This document shows positions 18,193 through 27,427 of a DNA stretch of 64,000 bases, one piece after another. Under the pieces are notes generated by a model. It searched no databases, was not told the DNA's origin, and saw only the letters and a list, made by a program, of their open reading frames with translations. Source of the stretch: a phage; NCBI GenBank assembly GCA_033664045.1, contig GCA_033664045.1_3674.1; one strand, 5' to 3'. Both the position numbers and the translations under genes were made by a program. Numbering within the stretch: the stretch's first letter is position 1; each line of letters starts with the position of its first letter.

Positions 18193-19418
18193 TGAGCGTT
18201 ATTCAACAATTCGCTAACCCAATGAATCCGCGTGAAACTGTTTTACTGGCTCACGGCATGATTAAACGTGTTAGCATCAAGCCTATCAAAGGTGCTGATC
18301 CTACAACAGGTATTAAAACCACTGTGTGGCAAGGTAAGAAAATTGAATCCAGCCACACCATCTCTTTACTGATTTCTGAACTGGATTCCTCTGATAACCT
18401 GCTTCAAGGTGGTGAAGAAGTCTGGATCAGCATGGGTGATAAGCTGCTTAAACCAGGTCATCAAGACTCTGTCTCTGTTAAGATTGATGACAAGTGGGAA
18501 ACCGTAACGCCAGGATGGATCGTAAATATCCCTTTGAAGGCAAACGAGCATAACGGTAAGACCTATTACAAGGGCTCACTGGCTAAGATGGTTAAGCTGG
18601 GTGCAGGAGAGGCTCCAGCAGCGACTCAGCAGCAAAAACAGCAACAAGGTGCACAATCACAAGGCCAGAAGCAGAAACCTCAGCAGAATGCCAATCAGGA
18701 CGTTTTACGCATCTATGGTGATGTGACTCAGATTGTTGGCAACGTGGTTACTGTTAATGACCACAAGATTGGCGAAGGTGCTATGGTTGTAACTGATGAG
18801 CAGCTTAAAGACCTGGTGGTAGGTGGTCGTGTTGCAGCCATTGTTGACAAAGACACCGGAAACATTATCAGTGGTTTCAAGGCCTATCCCCCTAAGGCAG
18901 AGAACGGCACTCAAGGCTCTGGTGGCAAGCGTAAATCCTCTTACGACCCTATCGGTGTGGAAACGGGGCATAGCATCAATGCGTTGCAGATCATCCTGGA
19001 TCGCGGGTTTAAGGTAGACGACCCGCTGGGCGTGGCTAAAACACTGCACGTAGTCACCATTGAGCTTAAGAAAGAGTATGCTCAAGCCACCAACCGAACT
19101 GAAGATGAAGTAGGTGCCAGTGTCGGTAATGCGGTGTTGAACGCTTGTCGCCGTATTGACAAGAAAACGAAAGTTGATGATTTTGCAGCGGCAATTACTG
19201 CAGAAGCAAAAGATGTCTTGACTAATCTGGCTGAACCGTTGTACGATTGGATCAAGAACGGTGCTGGGTCAACCGACCATCAAGAACCTCAGGCTGCCAA
19301 ACAGGAAGCAGCTCCACAGCAAAACACTGTAGACGCTCCTCCTGTAAATGATGAGGAAGATGACCCAATGGATCAGAATCCAGCACAGTACGCCTTTGAT
19401 GATGACATCCCTTTTTAA
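18192..19418 (+). CDS. putative ssDNA-binding protein (SSB-like acidic C-terminal tail)
   Basis: Q-rich linker and C-terminal DDDIPF, identical to the E. coli SSB tail; N-terminal OB fold not verified. Confidence 0.5.
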   Translation: MSVIQQFANPMNPRETVLLAHGMIKRVSIKPIKGADPTTGIKTTVWQGKKIESSHTISLLISELDSSDNLLQGGEEVWISMGDKLLKPGHQDSVSVKIDDKWETVTPGWIVNIPLKANEHNGKTYYKGSLAKMVKLGAGEAPAATQQQKQQQGAQSQGQKQKPQQNANQDVLRIYGDVTQIVGNVVTVNDHKIGEGAMVVTDEQLKDLVVGGRVAAIVDKDTGNIISGFKAYPPKAENGTQGSGGKRKSSYDPIGVETGHSINALQIILDRGFKVDDPLGVAKTLHVVTIELKKEYAQATNRTEDEVGASVGNAVLNACRRIDKKTKVDDFAAAITAEAKDVLTNLAEPLYDWIKNGAGSTDHQEPQAAKQEAAPQQNTVDAPPVNDEEDDPMDQNPAQYAFDDDIPF

Positions 19419-19433
19419 CAATTAGTTAACATA

Positions 19434-19462
19434 GCCCTGCCCGAAAGGGTGGGGCATTTTTG
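19434..19462 (+). terminator. rho-independent terminator (same hairpin as at 8627)
   Basis: gccctgcccgaaagggtggggc + ATTTTTG. Confidence 0.6.
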
Positions 19463-19480
19463 TATAAGGAGATCTGAAAA

Positions 19481-19897
19481 ATGACATTAGAAGATATCAT
19501 TGTTAAACCTGAGAACTATGACCAATACAACCTGTCAACTCAATCTGTAGACCTCGGATGCGCCACAGTCAGTGCATGGCTGGTTAACGGAAAAGAGCTT
19601 GACGAGTGCCTGGAAGCACACATGTCGGTGAATAAATTTCTTGATGAAAATACCCACTGGCTAGAGGGTGCAGGAGTATATGCTTCATGGTTGGAGAGTA
19701 TGGGATTCGACTACCAATCTGAAGAGGGGTGGTGGAGCTATTTAGCTATCTGCCCAGAGACGCTGCAATGCTTCATGAAATATTCTGAAGATTTGGAGTA
19801 CCGGGCGGTGGTTGATAGTGCCATTGCCCGTTATAGCCGTAAACCTTTTTCCCACGACATTAAAACTGTGGAAGAATTTGTTGAAGTTTTCTGTTGA
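19481..19897 (+). CDS. hypothetical protein
   Basis: RBS AAGGAGA. Confidence 0.5.
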   Translation: MTLEDIIVKPENYDQYNLSTQSVDLGCATVSAWLVNGKELDECLEAHMSVNKFLDENTHWLEGAGVYASWLESMGFDYQSEEGWWSYLAICPETLQCFMKYSEDLEYRAVVDSAIARYSRKPFSHDIKTVEEFVEVFC

Positions 19898-19993
19898 CAC
19901 AGGTTGAAAGGTGTGCAATTATAACTTCATATAACGGGAGGACGCGATGAACGAAGAAAACTGGGATGTATAACTAACAGGAGGCCACTGCCC

Positions 19994-20191
19994 ATGATTT
20001 ATCGAATCCGTGTAAGAGAAGATGCACCAGGCTGTTACTTTGACTGGCGTGGGTGGTGGTTTCTCCACCCAATGGATGGACTCACAGATAGAATGCTGGA
20101 TGCTGCCCTTTATACAGATATCGACATAGAATATAATCTCTATCTGAAGGACGGTATAGATAACGGCCTGTTTGAAGCAATTCCTGTATAA
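19994..20191 (+). CDS. hypothetical protein
   Basis: RBS CAGGAGG; preceded by TTGACA promoter-like site near 19903. Confidence 0.4.
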   Translation: MIYRIRVREDAPGCYFDWRGWWFLHPMDGLTDRMLDAALYTDIDIEYNLYLKDGIDNGLFEAIPV

Positions 20192-20259
20192 GAGACTGTG
20201 ATAGCCATGTTTTATGATCTCCCTGTAGCACCACCCCCTGTTGAACCCGGAGAACTAAG

Positions 20260-20685
20260 ATGATCTATGAAATGCCAAAACTGATTCGCGACGATGCCCA
20301 AAACGCTCACACCATTATTATGGGCAAGCGCATGGATATTATTTGTCATAAAGATTTCTGGGAAGGGAGTTACTTCACAGAATATTTTGGTAAACTGGAT
20401 AATGGTCTGCTGATCCAGTTCTACACCGATGCGGAAAACAACATTCACTGGGAGTTCGAAACTGAAGATATCCATAAACTTTTCACCTTCCTAGGTATTA
20501 AGGTTGAGGCCAAGTTCGAAGAAGGTGAGTGCGACGATTGTGGATTCTACGAGGTAACAGATTTCTATCTCCCAAGTGGTGAGAACCTTTACTATGAAAG
20601 CCACTTCGGCAACTCAAATATGCCACAAGGTTGGGATGAGTTTTTTGAAATTGCGGAAGAGGAGCTGGCATACCGTGATTATTGA
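20260..20685 (+). CDS. hypothetical protein
   Basis: ORF with GGAG RBS. Confidence 0.5.
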   Translation: MIYEMPKLIRDDAQNAHTIIMGKRMDIICHKDFWEGSYFTEYFGKLDNGLLIQFYTDAENNIHWEFETEDIHKLFTFLGIKVEAKFEEGECDDCGFYEVTDFYLPSGENLYYESHFGNSNMPQGWDEFFEIAEEELAYRDY

Positions 20686-21133
20686 TACTGTAGAGGGAGA
20701 TCTAATCTCCATTTTCAAGAAAGGGTCAGGCCACATGATCCACGGTTGTAACTGCTTTCACACAATGGGTGCAGGTATAGCGAAAGATATTGCCCGTGAG
20801 TTCCCTCAAGCACTGGCAGCCGACAAAGAGACTGCCTATGGTAATCTAGACAAGCTGGGTATGTTTTCTTGTTGGGAGCATTTTGCCAAGAACAGGGTTG
20901 TATATGGGATCAACCTGTATACCCAGTTCTACCCAGGGCCCAATGCTGAATACTTCTCAATCATGAAAGGTTTTGAGCGAGTCAACGAGGTATTCAAAGG
21001 TGTGTCATTGCCGTTCTACATCCCTAAGATCGGGTGCGGCATAGGCGGTTTGAAGTGGGAGCACGTGGAAGATGTCATTAATCTTGCAACCACGGATATT
21101 GATGTGGTTGTAGTAGAGTACAAAAAGTGTTGA
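20675..21133 (+). CDS. macro-domain-like protein (putative ADP-ribose binding/processing)
   Basis: GTG at 20675 in frame with track ORF 20576; Gly-rich loops HGCNCFHTMGAGIAKDI and IPKIGCGIGGLKW resemble macro-domain diphosphate-binding loops. Confidence 0.45.
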   Translation: MIIDTVEGDLISIFKKGSGHMIHGCNCFHTMGAGIAKDIAREFPQALAADKETAYGNLDKLGMFSCWEHFAKNRVVYGINLYTQFYPGPNAEYFSIMKGFERVNEVFKGVSLPFYIPKIGCGIGGLKWEHVEDVINLATTDIDVVVVEYKKC

Positions 21134-21384
21134 CGACCATCTTCTGAGGTGATATATTCTCCACAACGACTAAGAGAGGAGAGCGCTGTGGAGACTAAAA
21201 TCTTAATTCTTGCTGTGGTAGATACAACCGAAGGAGCTATATTCGAATCTGCAGGAGGGTATTTCTATCTACCATACGGAAAAAGAACTTCCGAGCCAAG
21301 TAAAGATTCAATCCTCAAAGTGTTCCCGTGTGCTTTCTGGCTGGAGATTTTGGTATAAGATTGCATAGGATTTGAGAGAGAATT

Positions 21385-21579
21385 ATGAGAAACAAGAGAG
21401 AGCTTTACTCTGGAGAGTGGATAAACGATCAACAGGTTGGAGAGGTAACCTGCTTCCGGTGTTTTACTCGGTACAATCTTAAAACTGCACCAAAAAGTGT
21501 TCCAAAGACTGATGGTTATTACATAAAAGAACCTCATTGCCCAAAATGTAAATGCCGATTATACTGGAGTAACCTGTAA
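21385..21579 (+). CDS. hypothetical zinc-ribbon protein
   Basis: CFRCF ... CPKCKC cysteine pairs. Confidence 0.45.
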   Translation: MRNKRELYSGEWINDQQVGEVTCFRCFTRYNLKTAPKSVPKTDGYYIKEPHCPKCKCRLYWSNL

Positions 21580-21583
21580 AAGA

Positions 21584-21611
21584 TTGACATCTTAAAACTA
21601 CAGTGTATAAT
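21584..21611 (+). promoter_or_regulatory. sigma70-like promoter TTGACA-N16-TATAAT
   Basis: aTTGACAtcttaaaactacagtgTATAATat upstream of ORF 21643. Confidence 0.55.
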
Positions 21612-21642
21612 ATACGCACAGACTAACAGAGAGCGACGTATT

Positions 21643-21834
21643 ATGGTAATTTTTAACCGGGATGGCATCATAGTTAGACAGCACCCCTTCCTTGAATACT
21701 ATCAAATTGAGCAATGGTGCTACGGAGATTGCAGTCACTCCTATGGGCAAAGTTGGGGATATCGCACAGTTTTTGAATCAACAGACCTTGACAAAGTAAG
21801 ACAGAAAGTTTTAGAACTTATTAACAACAAGTGA
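21643..21834 (+). CDS. hypothetical protein
   Basis: ORF downstream of consensus promoter. Confidence 0.45.
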   Translation: MVIFNRDGIIVRQHPFLEYYQIEQWCYGDCSHSYGQSWGYRTVFESTDLDKVRQKVLELINNK

Positions 21835-21843
21835 GTATGACAT

Positions 21844-22176
21844 ATGGTAACATTAGAAAGACGTAAAGCTATCGCCGCAACACTGGCAGACATCTTTTGG
21901 GATTGCAACTTAAAAGATACCCGAAATTGTGGCGCATCTGTAGATGTATTATTCCCACGGCCCACCATTGTTGCAATGGGAAACCTGTTAAACGTAGTGT
22001 ACGGAGCATGGGACAAAGAAGGTGGATTCTATATCTGGCAACCTGACTACGGAGCCTGGAAAGAGGTAAGGGGTGCGGATGACTTTGGGCCTACAGTTGC
22101 TAAGATGGACGGCTGGGAAATTTATGTTGGAAACGACATGAAGCTGAAAGGCGAGATTGTTTACTGGCTACCTTAA
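21844..22176 (+). CDS. hypothetical protein
   Basis: co-directional ORF. Confidence 0.5.
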   Translation: MVTLERRKAIAATLADIFWDCNLKDTRNCGASVDVLFPRPTIVAMGNLLNVVYGAWDKEGGFYIWQPDYGAWKEVRGADDFGPTVAKMDGWEIYVGNDMKLKGEIVYWLP

Positions 22177-22185
22177 GGGTAAAGT

Positions 22186-22431
22186 ATGAACACAGAGTGG
22201 ACATCTGTAGACGGCGTTAAAAACATGCCTCTTGGAAAGTATATCGTAGCCATGGCTGATGAGGATGGCAATGTAGATTTCGGAGCTTGCGAGGTTATTC
22301 TTGCAGGATCTGGTAACTATGTAGACAAAACCGGGATAATTAACGGTCAGTTCTACTTTGATCACAACCCTGTTGTAGCGTATATGGCTATGCCAGAGTT
22401 TAAGTTCCCAAAGGAGGGTGCTGATGTTTAA
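22186..22431 (+). CDS. hypothetical protein
   Basis: RBS upstream; stop overlaps next ORF. Confidence 0.5.
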   Translation: MNTEWTSVDGVKNMPLGKYIVAMADEDGNVDFGACEVILAGSGNYVDKTGIINGQFYFDHNPVVAYMAMPEFKFPKEGADV

Positions 22432-22621
22432 GCTTAAATCCGCATGGAACATTGCTGTAGGTGACGAGATCCGTATCCCCGGTGGGAAGACCATTATGAA
22501 GATATCTCGTATTGAGTACGAAGGTGACCGTGTATTCCACATCTTCGCAGAAGATGGTCGAGAAATTTATATACAGGCAGGTTCTCACATTTATATCCGT
22601 AAGAAAGGGGACGACAAATGA
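22418..22621 (+). CDS. hypothetical protein
   Basis: RBS AAGGAGGG upstream. Confidence 0.5.
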   Translation: MLMFKLKSAWNIAVGDEIRIPGGKTIMKISRIEYEGDRVFHIFAEDGREIYIQAGSHIYIRKKGDDK

Positions 22622-22947
22622 CAGAGATCATCATTTCAACTGCAGGGTATGTGTTCCTGACAATCATTGCACTGACTATTTTGGTGACAGTGTATGGGTT
22701 TGTTATCCTTCCTATCCTTGAGACATTTAGTTTGTGTCGGTGTTGGAGAAAAGCTTACGGTCCACAACCATGGAAGGACTGGCCCCACCTGGTGCGCTTA
22801 GCGTTCTCTTATGCTTACGATCACTCCAGTAGTGCATGCATAACCGGATACCACGCCCACAACTGGAGCTGGGAAGGGTTGAGGAAATGGAATGTTACAA
22901 AGACCATACCTCTGCGCATGTACAAACCTAAAAACAAAGACAGCTGA
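22618..22947 (+). CDS. hypothetical membrane protein
   Basis: N-terminal hydrophobic helix IISTAGYVFLTIIALTILVTVYGFVILPIL. Confidence 0.5.
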   Translation: MTEIIISTAGYVFLTIIALTILVTVYGFVILPILETFSLCRCWRKAYGPQPWKDWPHLVRLAFSYAYDHSSSACITGYHAHNWSWEGLRKWNVTKTIPLRMYKPKNKDS

Positions 22948-22984
22948 TACTTGAAAATTCCTGGCATATCAAGTATAAGGGGGA

Positions 22985-23440
22985 TTTCTAAAATGGATTT
23001 CCTCCTTTTGATATTTCACCGGGCTGGATATTTTAAAATTCTTAGAAAATCAGAAAATGGATCGAAAACTAAAATGGATTTTTCAGAGTAGGCGCGACAA
23101 GCTGAATAACTCATCCTATCGTTTGCACCATATTCCAGGCCACAATTACAGATTTCCAGCACATGCTCCCACCCTTCTACTAGAACTTCCTCCACTTACC
23201 CTTTACCTTCTATGGTAACAATCTAACCACTATCTTGAAGTTGCGGTGCAGCTTTCCAGGTACTCGATCTACTTTTCATTTCAGGGCTTGGATTTTCTGA
23301 AAATTTTTCTCGATAAATTTCTCAGTACTCGATCTGTTTTTCGTTTTCTGAATCGGATTTTCTGGAAATCGTTCCGGATCTCGACCTGAAATTTTTGGGG
23401 ACGAAATCGATTTTTCGTTTTCAGAAATGGATTTTTAAAA
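22985..23440. repeat. non-coding tract with short direct repeats
   Basis: AAAATGGATTT x4, TACTCGATCT x2, GGATTTTCTG x2, TTTTTCGTTTTC x2. Confidence 0.5.
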
Positions 23441-23579
23441 TTTGTATATGGAAATATTTTAGGAGGTATTATTTTATATAGAATTGTCACGGTAGGTAAT
23501 TAGCATGCTAACTAAATTTATGAAATGCGAAAAGTTCTCATTTAGAATTTTGAATGATAATCATTCTCGTTTGCAGAAT

Positions 23580-23605
23580 AACGGGCACCCCCGGTGATTG
23601 TCTCC
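23580..23605. repeat. 26-bp repeat, left arm of perfect inverted repeat
   Basis: aacgggcacccccggtgattgtctcc; exact reverse complement at 32392-32417. Confidence 0.6.
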
Positions 23606-23712
23606 CGGCCCCTACTGCCCCGGCTTGTTATTATAGTAACACACAGGACAAAGAAAGCAAGAAGTTTTTTGCATAAATTTTTAGACGATAATGATAATCG
23701 TTCTCATTTTAT

Positions 23713-23741
23713 GCAGCGCCCATCCCCGGTGGTTGTCTCCC
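23713..23741. repeat. degenerate direct copy of the 23580 repeat
   Basis: gcagcgcccatccccggtggttgtctccc, preceded by gataatcgttctcatttt as the first copy is by gataatcattctcgttt. Confidence 0.4.
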
Positions 23742-23963
23742 TGTCACCGGTGCCTGCCGTCCTTTCGATATGTATATTGTGCCACCTGGCGGGGCCGCTG
23801 TCAACACTTTTCAAAAAATTTTTCTAACCTGATGCGCTAACCGCTGCAACCTGGCGGGGCCAGCCTGGCAGGACCTAACTGACCAGGTAGGAGAGAATGA
23901 AGGCTTGCAAACCTGGTGGGCCTATGCTATAGGATAGGTAACAATTGAAGAGGAGGTACAAAA

Positions 23964-24140
23964 ATGAAAGGTAATATAATCCCCCTGGAAAATGTAGCTA
24001 TTAATGACGCTGAGGCTATCGCCCTGGTTGAAAAGGCTATGGCGGGAGCGTTGGAACATAAAGAAGAGTACGAAAAAATGATGGTTAACCTGGCAGGGGC
24101 GGCGGCTGGAGAATTCTACCCAAAAAATAATTTTAACTGA
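23964..24140 (+). CDS. hypothetical small protein (58 aa)
   Basis: not in track (<60 aa); strong RBS AGGAGGT 7 nt before ATG; clean 59-codon frame. Confidence 0.5.
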   Translation: MKGNIIPLENVAINDAEAIALVEKAMAGALEHKEEYEKMMVNLAGAAAGEFYPKNNFN

Positions 24141-24224
24141 TGGTTGACAGCTCGTACAGTTATTGTTATTCTTATCCTCGCAAGGTGAACAACACCACAC
24201 CAATTAACAGAGAGGATAAAAATC

Positions 24225-24422
24225 ATGAACGCCTACGGAATCAAAGTACGTCGCAACACTCGCCAGGTGGTCACCGATCAAATGGTTTGCCGGGTGGATG
24301 TAACCATCAACAACGGGCAAGGCCTTTATAAATTCCGTCGCGGTCAGAGCTATACCCGGCAGCAGCTTAATCGTTGCGCCCTGACAAAAGGTCAGATAAA
24401 CCACTGGTTTAATAAAAAATAA
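24225..24422 (+). CDS. hypothetical protein
   Basis: RBS GAGAGGA; basic small protein. Confidence 0.5.
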   Translation: MNAYGIKVRRNTRQVVTDQMVCRVDVTINNGQGLYKFRRGQSYTRQQLNRCALTKGQINHWFNKK

Positions 24423-24486
24423 GTATTGACATATAGTCCGACACCAAATACACTAAAAGCACAAAAGACACTAAGAGGATAAAATC

Positions 24487-24885
24487 ATGAAAACCACTAC
24501 CTTTAATTTTGATAATGCGGACTTTTCTTTTTCTGATGTCAAGAACTGCCGCCGTGATCGTGGATTTTACAAGGCCTATAATCTGGTGGGCCTGGACGAT
24601 GACAATAATTTGCACGAAGTAGCTGAGATCCGGTATTATGCCGCCGCCAGCGGGAACACTCACTACTGCGTTTTTTGGATACACGACAACAAGAACAATA
24701 AGTACGGCTATACTGGAGGCAAGGCGAGCGGTCACGGTTATGATAAAGCCAACGCAGCACTTCAGAGCGCATTAAATGCTATGGGGATCACTGCCGACGG
24801 CTGGATCTACGAAGAAGAGTTTTTGTCGGCACTTGCTGACCGCCTGGGCTATAAAAAGCACATTGTAACATGCGCCCACGAATAA
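24487..24885 (+). CDS. hypothetical protein
   Basis: promoter TTGACA-N17-TACACT near 24426; RBS AAGAGGA. Confidence 0.55.
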   Translation: MKTTTFNFDNADFSFSDVKNCRRDRGFYKAYNLVGLDDDNNLHEVAEIRYYAAASGNTHYCVFWIHDNKNNKYGYTGGKASGHGYDKANAALQSALNAMGITADGWIYEEEFLSALADRLGYKKHIVTCAHE

Positions 24886-24967
24886 AAATTGTTGACACGC
24901 TGCAAAATTCAAGTAAACTGGGCACAAAAGGCGGGAATGTTTCCCGCCAACATAAAGGAAAAAGATC

Positions 24968-25372
24968 ATGAATAAGAACGTACGCCGCATCATGAACGAA
25001 CTGGCAAACGATGAAAAAATTATTGATATGCATTTGGTCAACATTTGCCGCCGTTGTGTAACATACAACAACCGCGCCGCAAAAGCGCGTGAGATGAACG
25101 CAAAAGGCACCTTAAAGCCATTCCAGGTGGTGGTAAAGGCCATTAAAGATGTAACTAATACGGCAAACCAGGTACAGGGGAACACCAACGAGAGTACCAA
25201 TATTGATCCGTCTTACGTAATGAAACGGATCCGGACTTGCAAGAATAAAGAGCAGGTGTATAACGTCATAGATTGGCTGGACTCCCTGGGCGATGTGGTT
25301 TACAATAGGTTTTCTGCAGCTATTGAGATTCAGTTAGACAGGTTGGACGGGAAAGTACTAAAAACTTACTGA
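24968..25372 (+). CDS. hypothetical protein
   Basis: promoter TTGACA-N16-TAAACT near 24893; leader hairpin ggcgggaatgtttcccgcc; RBS AAAGGAA. Confidence 0.55.
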   Translation: MNKNVRRIMNELANDEKIIDMHLVNICRRCVTYNNRAAKAREMNAKGTLKPFQVVVKAIKDVTNTANQVQGNTNESTNIDPSYVMKRIRTCKNKEQVYNVIDWLDSLGDVVYNRFSAAIEIQLDRLDGKVLKTY

Positions 25373-25373
25373 G

Positions 25374-25420
25374 TTTATTTTTAGATGGCCTTGACTTCAG
25401 GGCCATCAATAAAGTAAACT
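25374..25420 (+). repeat. 47-nt repeated hairpin element, copy 1
   Basis: tttatttttagatggccTTGACTtcagggccatcaataaagtaaact; stem tggcc/ggcca with TTGACT in loop. Confidence 0.5.
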
Positions 25421-25452
25421 AGTCTCAACTAAGCGAAAAAGGGGGCTTTAAG

Positions 25453-25572
25453 ATGAGCACTACACGCCAATACACAAAGGTAACTATTATCGTTTGCGTT
25501 GTCGGTTACATCCTGGCGCAAATGTTAATGAGTAGCGCCAACAGTTTTGCAAAATTTTTCTTAAATTTTTAA
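25453..25572 (+). CDS. hypothetical small hydrophobic protein (39 aa)
   Basis: not in track; RBS AAGGGGG before ATG; VTIIVCVVGYILAQMLM hydrophobic core. Confidence 0.4.
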   Translation: MSTTRQYTKVTIIVCVVGYILAQMLMSSANSFAKFFLNF

Positions 25573-25651
25573 TTGACAAGCTAACCCAAATCGGTATACT
25601 TAAACACGTAAACGGGAAAACTTCCCAGAACACACAAAAGGAGAAAACACC

Positions 25652-25993
25652 ATGACTACTATGACCGCCACAGAAAAAGCTATGCAGATCGCCGCGCTGA
25701 AAAAACAGATCGCAGACCTTGAGAACAAGATCGATAACTTTGAAATCGACGAGGACAAGTACGACGAAAACTATGACGAATGGTTAGACGAGATCTACGG
25801 CGAAATTATGATCGGAAACATTTCTTTTCTTCCGTCGCGTATCCTCAAGGAGCTGGATCCTATCGCTTACCGCTGCGGATTTAGCGACTACATCGACAGC
25901 TTGGATATTGAGGACGATGAAGAGTACCAAGAATTACAGACAGAGCTCGAAGAAGTGAAAGAAGAGCTTGCAGAACTGGAAGAAAACGAGTAA
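25652..25993 (+). CDS. hypothetical highly acidic protein
   Basis: promoter TTGACA-N16-TATACT; RBS AAGGAGA; roughly 30 percent D+E with coiled-coil-like C-terminus. Confidence 0.55.
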   Translation: MTTMTATEKAMQIAALKKQIADLENKIDNFEIDEDKYDENYDEWLDEIYGEIMIGNISFLPSRILKELDPIAYRCGFSDYIDSLDIEDDEEYQELQTELEEVKEELAELEENE

Positions 25994-25995
25994 AA

Positions 25996-26042
25996 TTTAT
26001 TTTTAGATGGCCTTGACTCCAGGGCCATCAATAAAGTAAACT
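25996..26042 (+). repeat. 47-nt repeated hairpin element, copy 2
   Basis: tttatttttagatggccTTGACTccagggccatcaataaagtaaact. Confidence 0.5.
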
Positions 26043-26083
26043 TTATACTGTTAACACTGAACTAATGCATAGGAGTTAAAACC

Positions 26084-26329
26084 ATGGCAGCACTAATCAC
26101 CAAATATTATGCCCCTACCAACACCAAAAGCGCCCGTATCATGGTAAAAGGCTTCGGACGTAAAAAGGTTTACACCTGGGATTATGCCTTAGACACAGAA
26201 GACAACTACACCAACGCGATGACCGATTTTATTAATGATCTGAACACGCGGATCTTGACAAATTATCAAATTACCGATATTGCCTATATAGGGGAAGGCG
26301 GGATCTGTTTTGTCGGTATCGTCAAATAG
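26084..26329 (+). CDS. hypothetical protein
   Basis: RBS AGGAG. Confidence 0.55.
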   Translation: MAALITKYYAPTNTKSARIMVKGFGRKKVYTWDYALDTEDNYTNAMTDFINDLNTRILTNYQITDIAYIGEGGICFVGIVK

Positions 26330-26406
26330 GCTGTTTTTTCGGTGGTCCTGGTAGCAGGGCCATCTATAAAGATAGTTTATCAACACAATGAAAGGAGAAA
26401 GTACAC

Positions 26407-26760
26407 ATGATCAGCGGGGCTAGTTTTATTATTGGCGCTATTGCTACGGCTTTAATTGTAAACAAGATCCAGGATAAAAAAGAAAGAGGAAGTACCGCCC
26501 TTGCAGAATATCCATTTTGGACATTCAACGATAACGAAGATTATATTATAAAGTATAAAAATAAAGAAGGCGACCAAGTAACACCGCGACCGATCCCGGC
26601 TTACAAAATGCAGGAAACACTATACCGCCTGGAGGCGGGGGGCGCAAAAATTGTGGACTTTTGGGGATACGACCACACAGATCAGGAAGTTATAAAGCGC
26701 CGTATCCGGGCTATTCAGGCCAATATTGAAGTTAGCAAGGGTGGAATATATGAAAATTAA
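26407..26760 (+). CDS. hypothetical protein
   Basis: RBS AAAGGAGA. Confidence 0.55.
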   Translation: MISGASFIIGAIATALIVNKIQDKKERGSTALAEYPFWTFNDNEDYIIKYKNKEGDQVTPRPIPAYKMQETLYRLEAGGAKIVDFWGYDHTDQEVIKRRIRAIQANIEVSKGGIYEN

Positions 26761-26947
26761 TTTCGAGAAAATTGTAAAGCGCCCTCATGATTCCGAAGAG
26801 CTGCCAGAACGCCGACAGCGTAACAATAAACTGAATAAGCCAAAAAGATTTGGGAAGATCTGGCGGAATCATTATGATCGTAAATTGCCCGGCCTACTTT
26901 TGGAACGTGAACGACAGGCAGAACGATACCGCCATAAAGACAAATAA
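26750..26947 (+). CDS. hypothetical basic protein
   Basis: ATG at 26750 after AAGGGTGGA; overlaps upstream stop. Confidence 0.5.
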   Translation: MKINFEKIVKRPHDSEELPERRQRNNKLNKPKRFGKIWRNHYDRKLPGLLLERERQAERYRHKDK

Positions 26948-26955
26948 CAACCAAC

Positions 26956-26984
26956 GCCCCGCCATTGTGCGGGGCTTTTTATTT
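26956..26984 (+). terminator. rho-independent terminator
   Basis: gccccgccattgtgcggggc + TTTTTATTT. Confidence 0.6.
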
Positions 26985-27166
26985 CTATCCTACGAATAGC
27001 GCCCCTGGTTGGCCCTGTAAGCGCCAAAAAGGCCCCCACCTATGCAATCGCCCCCCTTTAACCTGAAAACATCGCCCAGGGCCGTTTTATGGCGTTAAAA
27101 ATATCATTGACATCGTCAACAGGTTAGCTATACTAACCACATCAAAGAGAGAAAGGAGTAAACGCC

Positions 27167-27427
27167 ATGCGTAAATTAAAAAATTTTGATAAAGTTGATG
27201 TTATCCTGAATAATTTTTACTACTGCAACAATAAGGCTATTTGGTGGCGTGATAGTTCCACCGATAAAGTCAAGGCGCGCTTTCTTCAGGGGCACTGGCA
27301 AGGCCGCCCAGTGATTAAAATCATGGGGCAATTGGTAGCGTTTAAAAATTGCCGCCGTGTTGATGACGTTGAGGAGATTTTAAACATTTTGCGCCACAAT
27401 AATTTAAAAAATAGTGTTGACAAGTAA
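27167..27427 (+). CDS. hypothetical protein
   Basis: promoter TTGACA-N16-TATACT near 27104; RBS AAAGGAG. Confidence 0.55.
   Translation: MRKLKNFDKVDVILNNFYYCNNKAIWWRDSSTDKVKARFLQGHWQGRPVIKIMGQLVAFKNCRRVDDVEEILNILRHNNLKNSVDK

Noticed and set aside
23281-23490. Minus-strand ORF in the 22985-23440 repeat tract
   Set aside because: Low-complexity translation produced by the direct repeats; no RBS.
23594-23827. Plus-strand ORF (GTG start) overlapping the 26-bp repeat and its degenerate copy
   Set aside because: Start codon lies inside the repeat, no RBS, product is low complexity; more likely regulatory DNA than coding.
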